NCBI RefSeq assembly: GCF_004010195.1
Contig: NC_057755.1
Span: 11,470,441 to 11,534,440 of the forward strand
Length of the DNA: 64,000 nt
From: Chiloscyllium plagiosum
Lineage: Eukaryota
Reading direction: 5' to 3'
The notes beneath the pieces were generated by a model. The model did not search any database, had not been told where the DNA came from, and saw nothing but the letters and a program-made list of their open reading frames with translations. This document shows, piece after piece, positions 24,501 through 37,878 of this stretch; position 1 is the stretch's first letter, and each line of letters begins with the position of its first letter. The translations under genes were made by a program, and so were the position numbers.

Positions 24501-24900
24501 AATTTTCAACTCCTCAGATCACAAAATCAGTGCAAATGTAGCAAGGCATAGAGAACAGCCAGGTGCGTGCTGGCAAGTGACAAGTAGCATTCGCGCCACT
24601 CAAATGTCAGACAATGACCATCATAAACCACCTCACCATCGCGATTCAACACTCAGAGACAGTACCATTGCTGAATCTACTATCACTAACTTTCTGAGGT
24701 TTATCCAAAACCGTATATCCTCTGTGGTTAGTGCATCAGATCAGACGTTATGAATTCTGCAGTTAGTAGCTTTTCTCCTGTCTATCGAAATCCTGTATAT
24801 TATCACCGAGATTAAAGTCAGGAAAATGATGGAATGATTTCCACTTGTCTGAACTAGTGACTCTATTTCGCCTCTCGCTCTTACGGACTTTTATCTTATA
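21560..24900 (+). mobile_element. Long degenerate LINE (same family as 19050-19985) hosting a young CR1 insertion
   Basis: cagcacatcagggaaaaataaagccgatgcattt; tcagctgttgcaatgatcctctctccatcataaggtcagacgtgggggtgttcactgat (FSC..ND..SIIRS.VG.F.D). Confidence 0.6.
22190..23063 (+). mobile_element. Young 5'-truncated CR1 (RT C-terminus and 3'UTR)
   Basis: FADDTKIGGVVDSEEG...WQMEFNPAKCEVVHFG...RDLGVYVHRSLK; LYRTLVRPHL.YCVQ.WSP...LERVQRRFTRMLPG; tail gggccaaagggcctgttctgtgctgtattgttctatg. Confidence 0.93.
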
Positions 24901-26279
24901 CATCAATGCTTCAGGAAACACTGCTGCATGTACTGCAAACCCAATAATGCTGGCATTTGTCACTTGCCAGCCTTATTATGCCATAACAGCACACCCTCGA
25001 CCCAATGGCAGTCCGCTTCTGTACACCAGTGCTGCAGCTCAGGGCGCATTGACAACACTTATTGCAATGCTGCGGCAAGGACACTGTGCTCTTAGACTGT
25101 CCCTCTGGGCAGGTCACTCGGTGTTTTCACACACTCACTTTGTGCTGTTTTCAGACCTCACCGATTTATTGTCTTGCCTTATCCTTCCTGCAGCAGCGTT
25201 TCCCCTCAGCCAGCGCTATTCGGCTCACGCACCTGCTGTATTGTATTGTCTAGCACAGACATAAAACCAGGAAGCTTGATATCACTGCCTTTAGTCAGTT
25301 CAAGTGCCTATCTCAGTGAGTCAACGGGATTCCCAGATCCCAGTCCGTGACTCTGGACACGGTCAGCCAGCTTCTCCTGGCTGTTAGGGTCAGTATCCTT
25401 CCCCTGTTAGGGGTGAGCTGCTGAATGTTGGGGAGATCCCTATCCCACATGCCTCTTTCTGCACTGTTGTGGAATGGTTCCATGTGGAATGAGAGAACTA
25501 TTAAGAGGTATTAAGGGAGATGGAAATGTTTGGAACAGCTGTTAGTGCTGGTATGGCTGGAAGAAAGGTGGCGAGGTGTCCTGAGTGAGTGAGAAGAGAG
25601 CACAAGCACCAGGCAGATTTGGGGATAGCAGCTAAGAAGAGGTTAGAGAGAGCACGAGTGGAGGTGCTGCATTCTGTAAGAGTGATGAACATGACCTTTT
25701 GTGGGAGGTGGGTGCAGTAATAGAGATAGAGTAAGGGTGAAGTCACAAAGTGTAGATGGTGGCACTTACCCTGGGAGAGTGGAGATGGTCAATAATCTAC
25801 TTCCTACACTGCTGGGCATTCACCTAGAATGTTGGCATCTCACTGACCCAGGGGGCAACCTCGGAACAAGTTGGCAGCTGGTATCATGGCCTCCCCTGCC
25901 AATCCTGGTGGAAGATAATGTTGCTCTTCTAAACCATACCATCAAGCAGAATCTCAGGAACTTCTCCACAAAGTGAAACACCCAGTTTTACGCCCTCCGC
26001 AATGCACAGGGGAGTATCAGCTTGACAATCCAAGACTGCAATTACTTTTAAAAGTTGGAACCTGCAACAGGGACAGTGGTCCATTCTGGGATACCCAAGC
26101 AGTGGGCAGTTGTCATAACGAAGAGGAAAATTATTGGGCTAGCATCAGATGAGAGGAACACCATGTGGGCAGTGAAGGTAGTTAATGTGGCAGAATGGAA
26201 AAAACATTGAGAAAATGCACTTAACTTTGTGCAGAGAAGCCCTCCATGAAACACAACTAAACTTAGACTTGAACATTTT

Positions 26280-26921
26280 ATTATGAAAAGTTTTTTGTTG
26301 AGGTGTACTGTAACGTTAAGATGGACAGGAAGTAAACAAGGCCTGAATGAAAGCATAGAGTGTTCTGAACAAAGTAAAAATGTAATGCTTGGTCAAAACA
26401 AAAACAAATTCAAATTCTGCCAATCAGTTTAAATTATGCCCCAAGATACTAAAACCTAATCGCATTTGAATTTCCTGTTGGGGATGACTTCAAACCAATG
26501 AAATGATCCGACAGTTTGTGTTTTTTAAAAAAACACAGACATTTTGAACAATTAGGGTGAGAACTGCCATGTCACCAGTAAGTCCAGACTGCCCAGAGCA
26601 GCTCTCTAATTGGTACATGCAGCGGAACACCAAAGTCTACACCTGGAGTTGAAATTGATTTTGCCATGAATTTAAGAGGGAATTCATTTGGCCAGTACTG
26701 TAGAGTGGGAGGTAGGATACGTTTCAGATACAAACATTATACATAGTTGTTTTGTATCGTATTCTCTGCTGGAGTTAAAGAAAAAAAAGTTATCTTTTAC
26801 TTTGAATAGCGAAATCTGGGATAATTCTTTGCCTCTCGAAATTTAACAGATTACGGAGCAAGGTGAGGTTTTCAGTGCATCGGGTTTAAACTAACAAAGG
26901 GGTTTACTCCGTCACTTAACA
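26280..26921 (+). mobile_element. Possible solo LTR
   Basis: ~640-bp block with CCAAT-like motifs (gccaatcag, aaccaatg) ending ...cttaaca; 5' TG is degenerate and no TSD was confirmed. Confidence 0.35.
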
Positions 26922-27329
26922 AAATCATAAGTTGATTTCGGCCCCTATTTCTATTTACGGAAGCGTCCCACATGGTGTAGTGTGAAATATTGGGATTTAT
27001 GAACTTACGGAGAGGGGAGTTATAAAGGAGTTTCACATCCTTAAAAGGGGCCAACACAACTTTCCAGGCAATTAAAAGAAGCCCGGGGCGGGGGGAGGGC
27101 GAAATCCCATGCCTCATACTGAACATCATTGACCAATCCTCAATGGTCTCACTGAATAGTTCAAGGCTGGAATTCTGAGATACAGGAAAAACGGTGACTG
27201 GGGAAACGCCCAGGCACTCCAGGACAGTCGACCTGGATTTGGTCAAAGAAGATTTTAAATCATTTTGACTTTGTCAGTTTGAGGCCGCAACTTGTAACCT
27301 GATGTGACTTACTTGTATTTGTCAAGAGA

Positions 27330-28095
27330 TCACATGGCAGACAGTACAAAAACAGAAAGTATGGTGTCCAAGTGATTGGAAGAATCAATATAGAGAAGTG
27401 CAAGTCAAGTCATTTATGACCACCGACAAGAAAGAGGAATACACTATAAGTGAGAGAGGAATACACTATAAGTGAGAGTATAGTCAGTGAAGACAAATCC
27501 CCGAAGGTAGCTGGACGCATCAAAAATCTTATTAAGGCAGCAAATGGCATTATTTCGTCTATCAGCCAAAGTGCAAGAAGCTTATGCTGGAATTGCCTAA
27601 ATAATAAGTTCATTCACAGCTTGTGTACTGTGTGAAGTTCTGGTCATCCCGTCATTCCTCCGTGGCTGGGAGGAATTGACTGGAGACACTACAGAGGAGA
27701 TCCTTACGCTGTGACAGTGAAAGTGCAGTTATCAGAAAACACTGGAACACAGGATGCTAAGAGGAGACTTGATTAGGGTGCACATGTTGTCAGGGATAGA
27801 AAGGGAAAGAACATTTTCCTACTGTTGGAGACCTCAGTTACCAGTGGCGAATATTTACATAATTGTTTAAATATTAGGGAAGTGGTGAGGAAAATTGTTA
27901 TTTCACCCAGAGTACGGTTGGAGTCTGATAGTCACGCCTGGATGCAGAGTAGAGATATGAACTCACAAACAATTTTATAAAGATTCGTGGATCTACACCT
28001 GAAGCCCGATAGTCTTGGGGGAGTCAGAACAATGATTTCGAACGAACATTACTTTTTGTCCAATGCAGACAGTGTCCAGAATAATATCCTCTATG
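27330..28095 (+). mobile_element. Old CR1 3' fragment containing a 22-bp tandem duplication
   Basis: gtactgtgtgaagttctggtcatc, cagaggagatccttac, gaggagacttgattagggtg; agaggaatacactataagtgag x2 at ~27433-27476. Confidence 0.65.
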
Positions 28096-28611
28096 TTGTT
28101 TTATTTTCTGAAGTTTTTAAAGGCAAGGAGGATCAGTGTGTAAATGGGTGAGCATCGCAATAATCCTTTATACGCAATGTTACTTCACTGCGTTGGCCTA
28201 TTTATCCCTCCTGTAAAAATGCAAAATCTCTTTGAATATCCAGTTCGCAGTCTTGGTCACACTGCAGCCACATCTCCATAATCCCAGCTATATCTGATCT
28301 GCTTCACACTATTTAAAGCTATTATTTAATTTGCCTTATTGAAAAGATAGGAAGGAATTCATGGATAAGAGCAGAGAACAGGATGGCCTCGGGTCTAGAG
28401 GAGGTTACAGCGATAGGAAGGTGCGTGAAGGCTGGGAGATATTACAAGGATATGAATTGAGCAGATTACAAACGCAAGGAGAATCTTAGCTTTTGATTGA
28501 AGTGAAAATGGAGCTGGACAACCAGATCAATATTTTGACTGCAAGAGCATTTTAGAGAGAAACCCTCTAGGAAACCTAATGAAAATGATACCTGGACAAA
28601 TTATCACGTGA

Positions 28612-28820
28612 TGGAAATGTGTTGCTGGAAAAGCGCAGCAGGTCAGGCAGCATCTAGGGAACAGGAGAATCGACGTTTCGGGCATTAGCCCTTCTTCAGG
28701 AAAGCTGAATGCCCGAAACGTCGATTCTCCTGTTCCCTAGATGCTGCCTGACCTGCTGCGCTTTTCCAGCAACACATTTCCATCTCTGATCTCCAGCATC
28801 TGCAGACCTCACTTTCTCCT
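28612..28820. mobile_element. Very young palindromic hammerhead/Penelope-derived element; perfect 15-bp TSD
   Basis: Arms are nearly identical reverse complements; intact core on the minus strand at 28672-28699; caaattatcacgtga at 28597-28611 and 28821-28835. Confidence 0.92.
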
Positions 28821-30715
28821 CAAATTATCACGTGACACAGCCCTGCGTCCATCTGCACGAGAAATAAATACAGCAGGGACAGGCGCAGGGCTGTCACATC
28901 AGTCCTCTAGTTGGTGTCCACACTGTGACGGGGAAGTGAACTGTCTATCTTCACAGATTATGGCTAAGGATGCAGAATCAATTCACACGAGTTGACATAT
29001 TTCTTTCAATTGCAACATTTCAAGTGAAAACCTGTTTTGATCGGAGGCTCTGTTGAGCTGACCACTGATCAAGGAGTTGATGTTGTGCGGATTAGTTTCT
29101 GTTTGAACTGATTCAGTTCAGAATCACGTTGAGATACGGACACAGAACTGAACAAGCCCAGCGTATTGGGTATTTAGAGCTTCTCAAATCCATTATGGGA
29201 AAACAGTTCCACAATGAGATCAGGAAGGTCCCAGGCTCGCTCTCTTCTCTAAACATGGCCAGTTGCTCTCGTCCGTCCTGGAACTGAGCTCCTAAATCTT
29301 ATCAGGAAGATCACAGACTCTCTCCCCAGCCTGTGCAAAGTCAACTACTGGTACCTATTACAGTCCAGAGCCCCTCAGTCAGAACGGGCACATCCAAGGC
29401 TCGATAATGTTCCTTTGCTTTAGTAGCTCAATAGAATTTTTCTTACTTGAAACTGACAGCCAATCAAGTAAATCACGGACTCTTTCCTCTGTGCCTACAA
29501 GTGGTCAAACGTTGTAACATATTTCATGTTTCATAACCCTTCCTACCTGTGAAAATCCTCTAGTTTCTATAAACATTCTTTCATATAACATCCTCCAAAC
29601 CCGCAGAACTCAGTTAAAAACATTTTTCTCCCCATGGAGAAGGTGACAGAGGTACGGGCAGATTGAGTTTTTGGAAGAGGTTAGAGATAATAAAGGAGGT
29701 TCTGGGGTGGAAGATGGAAAGATTGAGACCTTGCAGAAAACACAGCGTCACGTCTCTCTGTTTACCAGGTACGAGTAATCCTCGGGCTCCCTCACAGGAT
29801 CAACATCACTGTGTATCCCAGGAATGTTCAATCCTCAAGTTCCCATTCCATCACAGGCTCACCGTCTCTCCGAAACCTAGGTACGAGTAACGATCGAGCT
29901 CCCACTTTACTCTGCCCCCTCTCAGTGGCATCTTCTCTGTGACTCCCAAGTACACGCACTCCTCGAGCTCCATTCCAGTCTGGTCCTTCACAGATTCACG
30001 GTCTCTGGACCCCAGGTACAGGTAATCCTCCCTCTCCCTGTTCAATCTACTGCTTCATACGGTCATCGACTCCCAGGTACATGTAATCCTTCATCTCCCA
30101 CTCCATTCTGCTCCCTGAGATGTTCACTGTTTCTGTGACTCCGAAGAATGTGTAAACTCCATCTTCTATTCAAATCTGCTCCCTCACATGGTCACTATCA
30201 CTGTGAATCGCAGGACCGTGGAATCTGCCATACCATCTCTATGATTAACAGGTACATTTGATTCTCCAGCTTCCATTCAGCTCTGCTCCCTCAAAGCGTC
30301 ACCATCTCTGTGAATTCCAATAACGTGTAATCCTCCAGCTCAAATTCCAGTCTGCACCCTCACAGCCTCATTGTCTCTGTGACTCCCAGGGATATGTAAT
30401 CCTGTAGCCCACACTTCATTATGCTTTCTGACAGGGTCACCGTCTCTGTGACTTCCAAGGAACATGTTCTGCACCAGCTCCCACTCCACTGTGGTCCATA
30501 ACGGGGTCAACGTCTCTGTGATTCCCAGGTATGTGAAATACTCCAGCTCCCATTCCATTCTGGTCCCTCACATGGTCATCCAGGTACTTTTATTCCATGA
30601 GCTCCATGTCAGTCTGGTGGGTCACAGTGTCATGGCCACTGTGCCTCCTAGTTCCATGTAAATCTCCAGCCGCGACCCCCCCCCTCCACTACATTCTACT
30701 CTCTCACATCGGCCT

Positions 30716-30812
30716 TCATTCCTGATGAAGGGCTGTTGCCTGAAACGTCGATTTTCCTGCTCCTCGGATGCTGCTTGACCTGCTGCACTTTTCCAGCACC
30801 ACTCCAATCTAG
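30716..30812 (+). mobile_element. Hammerhead/Penelope-derived insertion in the satellite
   Basis: CTGATGA-A-GGGC-tgtt-GCCT-GAAAC-GTC at 30722-30749 followed by the family body. Confidence 0.85.
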
Positions 30813-32813
30813 AGTCCCTCGCAGTGTCACTGTCTCTGTGAATTACAGGTGTCTGTAATCCTCCAGCTCCCACTCCAGTCTGCAATTCACTGTGGCGTCT
30901 TCACTGTAACTCCCAGATACATGTAACCCTCAAGCTCACAGTCCACTCTGCTCTACCACAGTTTCACGTCTCTGTGATTCCCAGGTAAGTGTAATGCCCC
31001 AGCTCGATTCCACTCTGCTCCCTCTAAGTTTCACCGCCTCTTTGATTCCTCCGTACATGTAATCTCCAGCTTGCACTCAGCTCTGCTACCTCACAGGGTC
31101 GCCATTTCTGTTGCTTCCAGATACATGTAATCCTTCACCTCCCAGTCCAATCTGCTCCCTCAAAGGTCACCGTTGCTGTGAATCCCAGGTATATATAATT
31201 ATTTAGTTCCCACTCCACTCTGCTCCCTCACAGGGTCAACAGCTCTTGAATCCCAGGTATGTGCAATCCTTCACCTCCCAGTTCAAACTGGTCACTGACA
31301 GGGTCACCGTCACCGTGAATCCCAGGTGTGTGCAATCCTGCAGCTCCCACTTCACTCTGCTCCCTTGCAGGGTCACCATCTCTATGATTCCCAGGTACAT
31401 GTCATTCTCCAGGCCGCACTCCATTCTGCTCCCTCACATAATCACCGTTGTAACTTGTAACCCACAAGCTTCACTCCATTCTGCTCCGTCACAGGATCAC
31501 GATTTCTGTGACTCCCAGATGTGTGTAATCCTCTACTCTACTCTCTCATAGGGCACCGTCTCTGTGAATCCCAGGTACATGTAATCATCCAGCTTCCACT
31601 CCACACTGAACTTCATAGTGACATCTTCTCTGTAGCTCTCAGGTACATGTAATCCGCCAACTCCCCCTCAACGCAACTCTTTCACATTGTCACCGTCTCT
31701 GTGAATCCAACATACGTGTAATCCTCACGCTTCCACTCCACACTGAGCTTCACAGTGGCATATTCTCTGTAACTCCCAATTACGTGTAATCCACCAACTC
31801 CCACTCCATTCTGGTCCCTCTCAGTTTCACCGTCTCTGTGATTAACAGGTACATGTCATCCACGTGCTCCCACTCAGCTCTGCTCCCTCACAGGGTCACC
31901 ATCTCTGTAACTCACAGGTACATGTAATCCTTCAGCTGTCACTCCAATGTGTTCCCTTACAGGATCACTGTCTCTGTGAATCACATATATGTGCAATCCT
32001 GCAGCTCCCACTCCACTGTTTTCCCTCACAGTGTCACTGTCTCTGTGAATCCCAGGTATGTGATATTCTGCAGCTCCCACTTCACTCTGCTCCCTCACAG
32101 GGCCACCATCTCTGAGACTTCCAGGAACGTGAAATTCTCAGGATTCCACTCTATTCTGCTCCACCACAGATCAACATCCATTCAGATCCCTCACGGGCTC
32201 ATCGTCTCTGTAACTCCCAGGTACCTGTAATCCTCGAGCTCCCACTCTGCTCTGCTCCCTCACAGGGTCACCATCTCTGTGACTCCAAGGCATGAGTAAT
32301 TCACTAGCTCCCACTTCACTCTACTCCATCAAAGGTTCACCGTCTATGTGAATCACAGGTGCGTGTAATTCTCAGGCTTCCACTCAACGCAACTCTCTCA
32401 CATTGTCACCGTCCCTCTGAATCCAACATACGTGTAATCCTCAAGCTATTATGCTCCATCACAGATCAACATTCCTGTGTATCCCTAGTGCGTGTAATCT
32501 TCCATCTCCTAATCCACTCAGATACCTCACAAGCTTATCATCTCTGTGATTCCCAGGTACGTTGATCCTCCAGCTCCCACTCAGTTCTGCTTCCTCACCG
32601 GATCATTATCTCTGTGACTTCCAGGTCCGTGCAATCCTCAAGCTCTCACTCCGCTCTGCACCGTCACAGGATCACGTCTCTGTGATTCCCAGGTACGTGT
32701 AATCGTCGGACCCTCATTCGACCCTGTTCCCTCACAGGGTCACCGTAATTGTGAATCCCAGGTGATTGTAATCCTCTAGCTCCGACACAACTCTGCTACC
32801 TCAGAGGGTCACG

Positions 32814-33030
32814 ATTAGAGTGGTGCTGGAAAAGCACAGCAGGTCAGGCAGCATCCGAGGAATAGGAAAATCGACGTTTTGGGCAGGAGCCCTTCATGAA
32901 GAATTCCTGATGAAGACTGCTGCACGAAACGTTGATTTTCCTGGTCCTGGGATGCTGCCTGTCCTGCTGTGCTTTTCCAGCACCACTCTAGTCTTGACTC
33001 TGATCTCCAGCATCTGCAGTCCTCTCTTTT
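32814..33030. mobile_element. Palindromic hammerhead/Penelope-derived insertion in the satellite
   Basis: tagagtggtgctggaaaagcacagc...cccttcatgaagaattcctgatgaag...gcaccactcta plus tail ctccagcatctgcagtcc. Confidence 0.85.
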
Positions 33031-34940
33031 CCCCCACAGGGTCAACGTCTCTGTGATGTTGACCCTGTAATGCTCGAGATCCATTCCACTCTGCTCCGTC
33101 ACAGCGTCACCGTCTCTTTAACACCCAGGTACGTGCTCTGACAACCAATCCACTCTTCTCCTTCAAATGTCACCATAACTGTGATCCCAGATACGTGCAA
33201 TCCTGAAGCTCCCACTCCACTCTGCTCCCTCACAGGGTCACGATTTCTCTGACTTTCAGGTATGAGTAATCTTCCAACTCCCACTCAGCTCTGCTCCGTC
33301 ACAGGGCCACTGTTTCTGTGACTCCCAAGTACATGTAATCCTCCAGCTGTCAGTCCAATTTGCTCCCTTACAGAATCACCGTCTCTATGACTCCCAGGTG
33401 CGTATATACCTCCCGCTCCCGCTCTGCTCTGTTCCTTCAAAGGCTCACAGTCTCTGTGACTTCCAGGAATGTTTAATCCTGGAGTTCCCACTCCTTTCTT
33501 TCCTTATATGGTCACCGTCTCTGTGACTCGCAGAAACGTGCAATCCTCCTGCTCACACTCCAATCTCCTCCCGCATATGACTTCCAGGTGTATGTAATCC
33601 TCGAGTTCCCTGTCCATTCTGCTACTCAGTGTCACCGTCTTTCTGAATGCCAGGTATGTGCAATCCTCAAGCTCGCACCCGACTCTGGTCGCTCACGGGC
33701 TCACATCTATGTTATTCCCAGGTAAGTGTAATCCTCGACCTACATTCCACTCTGCTCTTTCATGGGGTCACCGTCTCTCCGACTCCCAGGTACACTCCCA
33801 GCTCCCTCTCCACTCTATTCACTCCCAGGGTCTTCCTAACTGTGAATCTCAGGTACGTGTAATTCTCCACACACACTTCACTCAGCTCCCTCAGAAGCTC
33901 ACTAGCCCTGTGACTCTCAGGAACATGCATTCCTCCACGTCCCACTCCACTCAGCTCCCTCACAGCATCACCGACTCTGCGACTCCCAGAGTGCGTATAA
34001 TTCTCCAGTTCCCTGTCCACTCTGCTCGATCACAGTTTCAACGTCTCTGTGATTCCCAGGAACGTTTAATCCTCCTGCTCCCATTCCATTCTACTCCCTC
34101 ACAGCGTCAACATTTCTTTGAATCTTATTTACGTATACCCTTCACCCCCCAATCCACTCTGATCCCACAAACGCTCAACGTCTCCGTGTCTCTCTGGTAT
34201 GTGTAATCTTCCAGCTCCCACTCAGTTGTCTTCCCTCTCGGGGTCACCCGCTCTTTGACTTCTAGGTTCATGTTATCCTCCAAAACACATTCCACACTGC
34301 TCCCTCACAGGCTCATCGTCTCTCTGTGACTTCCATGTGCATGCAATCCACCAGTTCCCTGTCGAATGTTCTCCCTCATATGGTCGCCGTCGCTGTTACT
34401 CCCGGGAACGTTTAATCCTTCAGGTTCTACTTCATTCTGCTCGCTCAAAGTTTCGACATCCCTGTGAATCCCAGGTACGTGTAATTCCATAGCTCCCACT
34501 GTACACTGTTCTCTCATACTGTCACCCTCTTTGTGACTCCCAGGATCGTGCAATCGTCCACCTCCCAATCAACTCTGAACCCTCACAGCAACAAAGTTTC
34601 TGTGACTCCCAGGTACGTGTAATCCTCCAGCTGCCACAACGCACTACCCCCTCACAGGTTTAGGATCCCTGTCAATCGCAGATACGTCCACGTCACAATC
34701 AACTCTGAACCCACACAGTCTCAACAGTTCTGTGACCCGCAAGTAAGTGTAATCCTCTGGATCCCGTTCCATTCCACACATTTACAGGGTCACCCTCTCT
34801 ATAAATCCCAGATCTGGCAATCTTCCAGGTCCCACTCCACTCTGGCCTTCACAATGGCATCTTCTCTGTAACTTGTGTAATGTTGCACGGCCAATTCCCA
34901 TCTGATGACTTGCAAGGTCACCATCCCTGTGACTCCCAGG

Positions 34941-35242
34941 TAGATTAGATTAGAATACTTACAGTGTGGAGACAGGCCCTTCGGCCCAACAAGTCCACAC
35001 CGACCCGCCGAAGCGCAACCCACCCATACCCCTACATTTACCGCTTTAACCTAACACTACGGGCAATTTAGCATGGCCAATTCACCTAACCTGCACATTT
35101 TTGGATTGTGGGAAGAAACCGAAGCAAACCCACGCAGACACGGGGGGAGAAAATGCAAACCCCACACAGTCAGTCGCCTGAGGTGGGAATTGAACCCCGG
35201 TCTCTGGCGCTGTGAGGCAGCAGTGCTAACCACTGTGCCACC
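34941..35242 (-). mobile_element. Young HE1 V-SINE inserted in the satellite
   Basis: (tagat)n tail and reverse complement of the 10831-11156 element through gtgctaaccactgtgccaccc. Confidence 0.92.
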
Positions 35243-36572
35243 CACTGCGAGGTACATATATTCCTCCGGCTCCCGCTCTGCTCAGCTCCCTCACATGGTC
35301 ACCGTATCTGCGACTGCCAGGTACGTGTGTTCCTCGAGCTCCCACTCCAATCTGCTGTCTCATAGCATAAGCATATCAGTGACTTCTGCATATGTGTAAT
35401 ACTCTAGCTCCCACTCCACTCTGCACTTCATAGTGGCAACTTCTCTTTCACTCCGAGGAACAGGACTCCTCCAGCTCCCGCTCCATTCTGCTCCCTCACA
35501 GTCTCACCATCTCTGTGAATCCTAAGTATGTCAACCTCGCAGTCCACTCTGCAAAACTCACAGTGTCAATGTCTCTGTGAATCCCAGGAACGCTTAATCC
35601 TCCACCTCCCACTCCATCCTGCTCCTTTTACAGAGTCAATATCCCTGCAAATCTCAAGTACCTGTCATCCTCCACCTCCCAGTACACTCTGATCCCTCAC
35701 AGATCCCTCAACGTCTCTCTAACTCACAGGTACGTGTAATCCTCCGGCTCACACTCAACTCTGCTCCCTCACAGTGTCATCGTCTCTGTGAATCCCAGGT
35801 ACATGTAATCTCCAAGTTCGCAGTACACTCTTCGCCCTCACAGGATCACGTCTCTGTGATTCCCAGGAATGTATAATCCTTGAGTTCCTACTCCATTCTG
35901 CTCCTCACAGCGTCACCGTTTCCTTGACTCCCAGGTACGTGTTATCCTCCAACTCACACTCTATTCTGTTCTCTCACAGTGTCACCGTCTCTGTAATCCT
36001 CCAGTTCCCACTCCAACCTGCTCCCTCACAATGACATCTTCTTTGTATTTCTCAGTTATGTTTAATCCTTCAGCCCCCACTCCACTCTTCTCCCTCACAG
36101 TGTCACAGTCTCTGTGAATCCCAGGTACTGGTAATCCTCAAACTCTCACTCCACTCTGCTCCCTCACAGGGTCCCGTCTCTGTGATTCCCATGTAAGTGA
36201 AGCCCTCGAGTTCCATTCCACTCTGCTCCTTCATAGTGTTCCCGTCTCATTCATTCCAAGGTACGTGTAATCCTCGGTCTCACACTCCACTCTGTTCCCT
36301 CACAGGGTCACCATCTCTGTGACTGCCAGGTCCCTGTAATCCTCCAGCTCCCATTCCACTCTGTTCACTCACAAGCTCATCGTCTCTCTGACTCCCATGT
36401 ATATGTAATCCACACCATCCAGTCCAATCCTCTCCCTCACAGGGTCACCGTCTCTGTGAATACAAGATACGTGCAATCCTGCAGCTCCCAATTCACTCTG
36501 CTGCCTCACAGAGTCACTGTCTCTGAATCACAGGTATGTGTAATTTTTCAGGTCCCAACTCCGCTCTTCCCA

Positions 36573-36890
36573 CACACGGTGGCTCAGTGATGAGCTTTGC
36601 AGCCTCATAGCACCAGGAATCCAGGTTTGATCCCAGCCTTGGGTGACTTTGTGTGGAATTTGCACATTCTCCCCGAATATGCGTGGGTTTTCTCCGTGTG
36701 CTCCGCGTTCTTCTCACAGTCCTTTGATGTGCTGGTCAGTTGAAATGGCCATGCTGAATTGCCCATAGTGCTTTTTGCTTTAGTCAGAGGGAAATTGGTC
36801 TTGATGGGCTACTCTTTGGAGGGTCGGTGTGGATTTGTTGAGCCGAAGGGCCTGTTTCCACATTATAGGGACTCTAATCAGTCTAATCTC
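36573..36890 (+). mobile_element. Older HE1 V-SINE inserted in the satellite
   Basis: cacggtggctcagtg head, V-domain, gagccgaagggcctgtttccac tail; resembles the 4597-4884 subfamily. Confidence 0.88.
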
Positions 36891-37170
36891 TTTAATTATC
36901 ACTTACATGTAATACTCCATTCCCCACTCCAATCTGCTCCCTTACAGTCTCTGTGACGACCAGATGTGTGTAATTCTCCAACTCCCAATCCGGTCTGCTA
37001 TCTCACAGGGTCACCATCTCTATGACCTCAAGATATGTGTAATCCTCCAGCTGCCACTCCCTTCTGCTCCCTCGCGTGGTCACGGAATCTGTGATTCCCA
37101 GGAATGAGTAATCCACGAGTTCCCACTTCATTCGCCTCCTCACCTCTCACACTCTCTGTGACTTCCAAGT

Positions 37171-37878
37171 GGATGAGTACACGTACCTGGAAATCACAGA
37201 GATGGTGACCGTTTGAGAGAGCAGAGCGGAGTTGGTGAAGGAGGATTACACGTGCCTGGTAGTCTCAGAGACAGCGACCGTGTGCGGGATCAGGGTGTGC
37301 TGGGACCTGGAGGAGTACACGTACCTGGGAGTCAGAGAGACGGTGGCCCTGTGAGGGAGCAGATTGGACTGGGGGGTTGAAGGAATTCATGTTCCTGGGA
37401 GTCAGGGAGACGATAACCCTGTGAGGGAATAGATTAGCATGGAACTCGAGGATTACAATTACCCGGAAGTCACAGAGATGGTGACGCTGTGAAGGACCAG
37501 ATTGGACTCGTGGGGTGCAGGAATATACGTACCTCGGTGTTACAGAGAATCTTACACTGTGAAGGTCAGATTGGAGTGGGAGCAGAAGGATTACAATAAC
37601 CTGGAATTTACCGAAACGACGACAGTGTGAAGGTACAAATGGATTGGGAGGTGGAGGATTGCCCAATCATGGGAGTCACAGAGATGATGACCCTGTGAGG
37701 GAGTAGAGTGGAGTCAGCACTCAAGGACTGCGTGTACCTGAGAGTCACAGAGACGTTGACCCTGTGAGGAATCAGAGTGGATTGGGAGGTGGAGAATTAT
37801 ACATACCTGGGAGTCACAGAGACGGTAATGCTGTGAGGGATCAGGGTGAAGTGGGAGATGCAGGATTACAAGTACCTG
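37171..37878 (-). repeat. Inverted block of about 10 satellite monomers
   Basis: Sequence switches to acgtacctgggagtcacagagacggtgaccctgtgagggagcag (monomer reverse complement) and then back. Confidence 0.95.

Noticed and set aside
28612..28820. Palindromic elements as DNA-transposon MITEs or rho-independent terminators
   Set aside because: Arms are asymmetric with variable junctions, single-arm copies exist, TSDs are long and variable, and the context is eukaryotic.
29250..29425. Ig V-like peptide (LCKVNYWYLLQSRAPQ)
   Set aside because: No second Cys/YYC motif, leader or RSS; flanked by stops.
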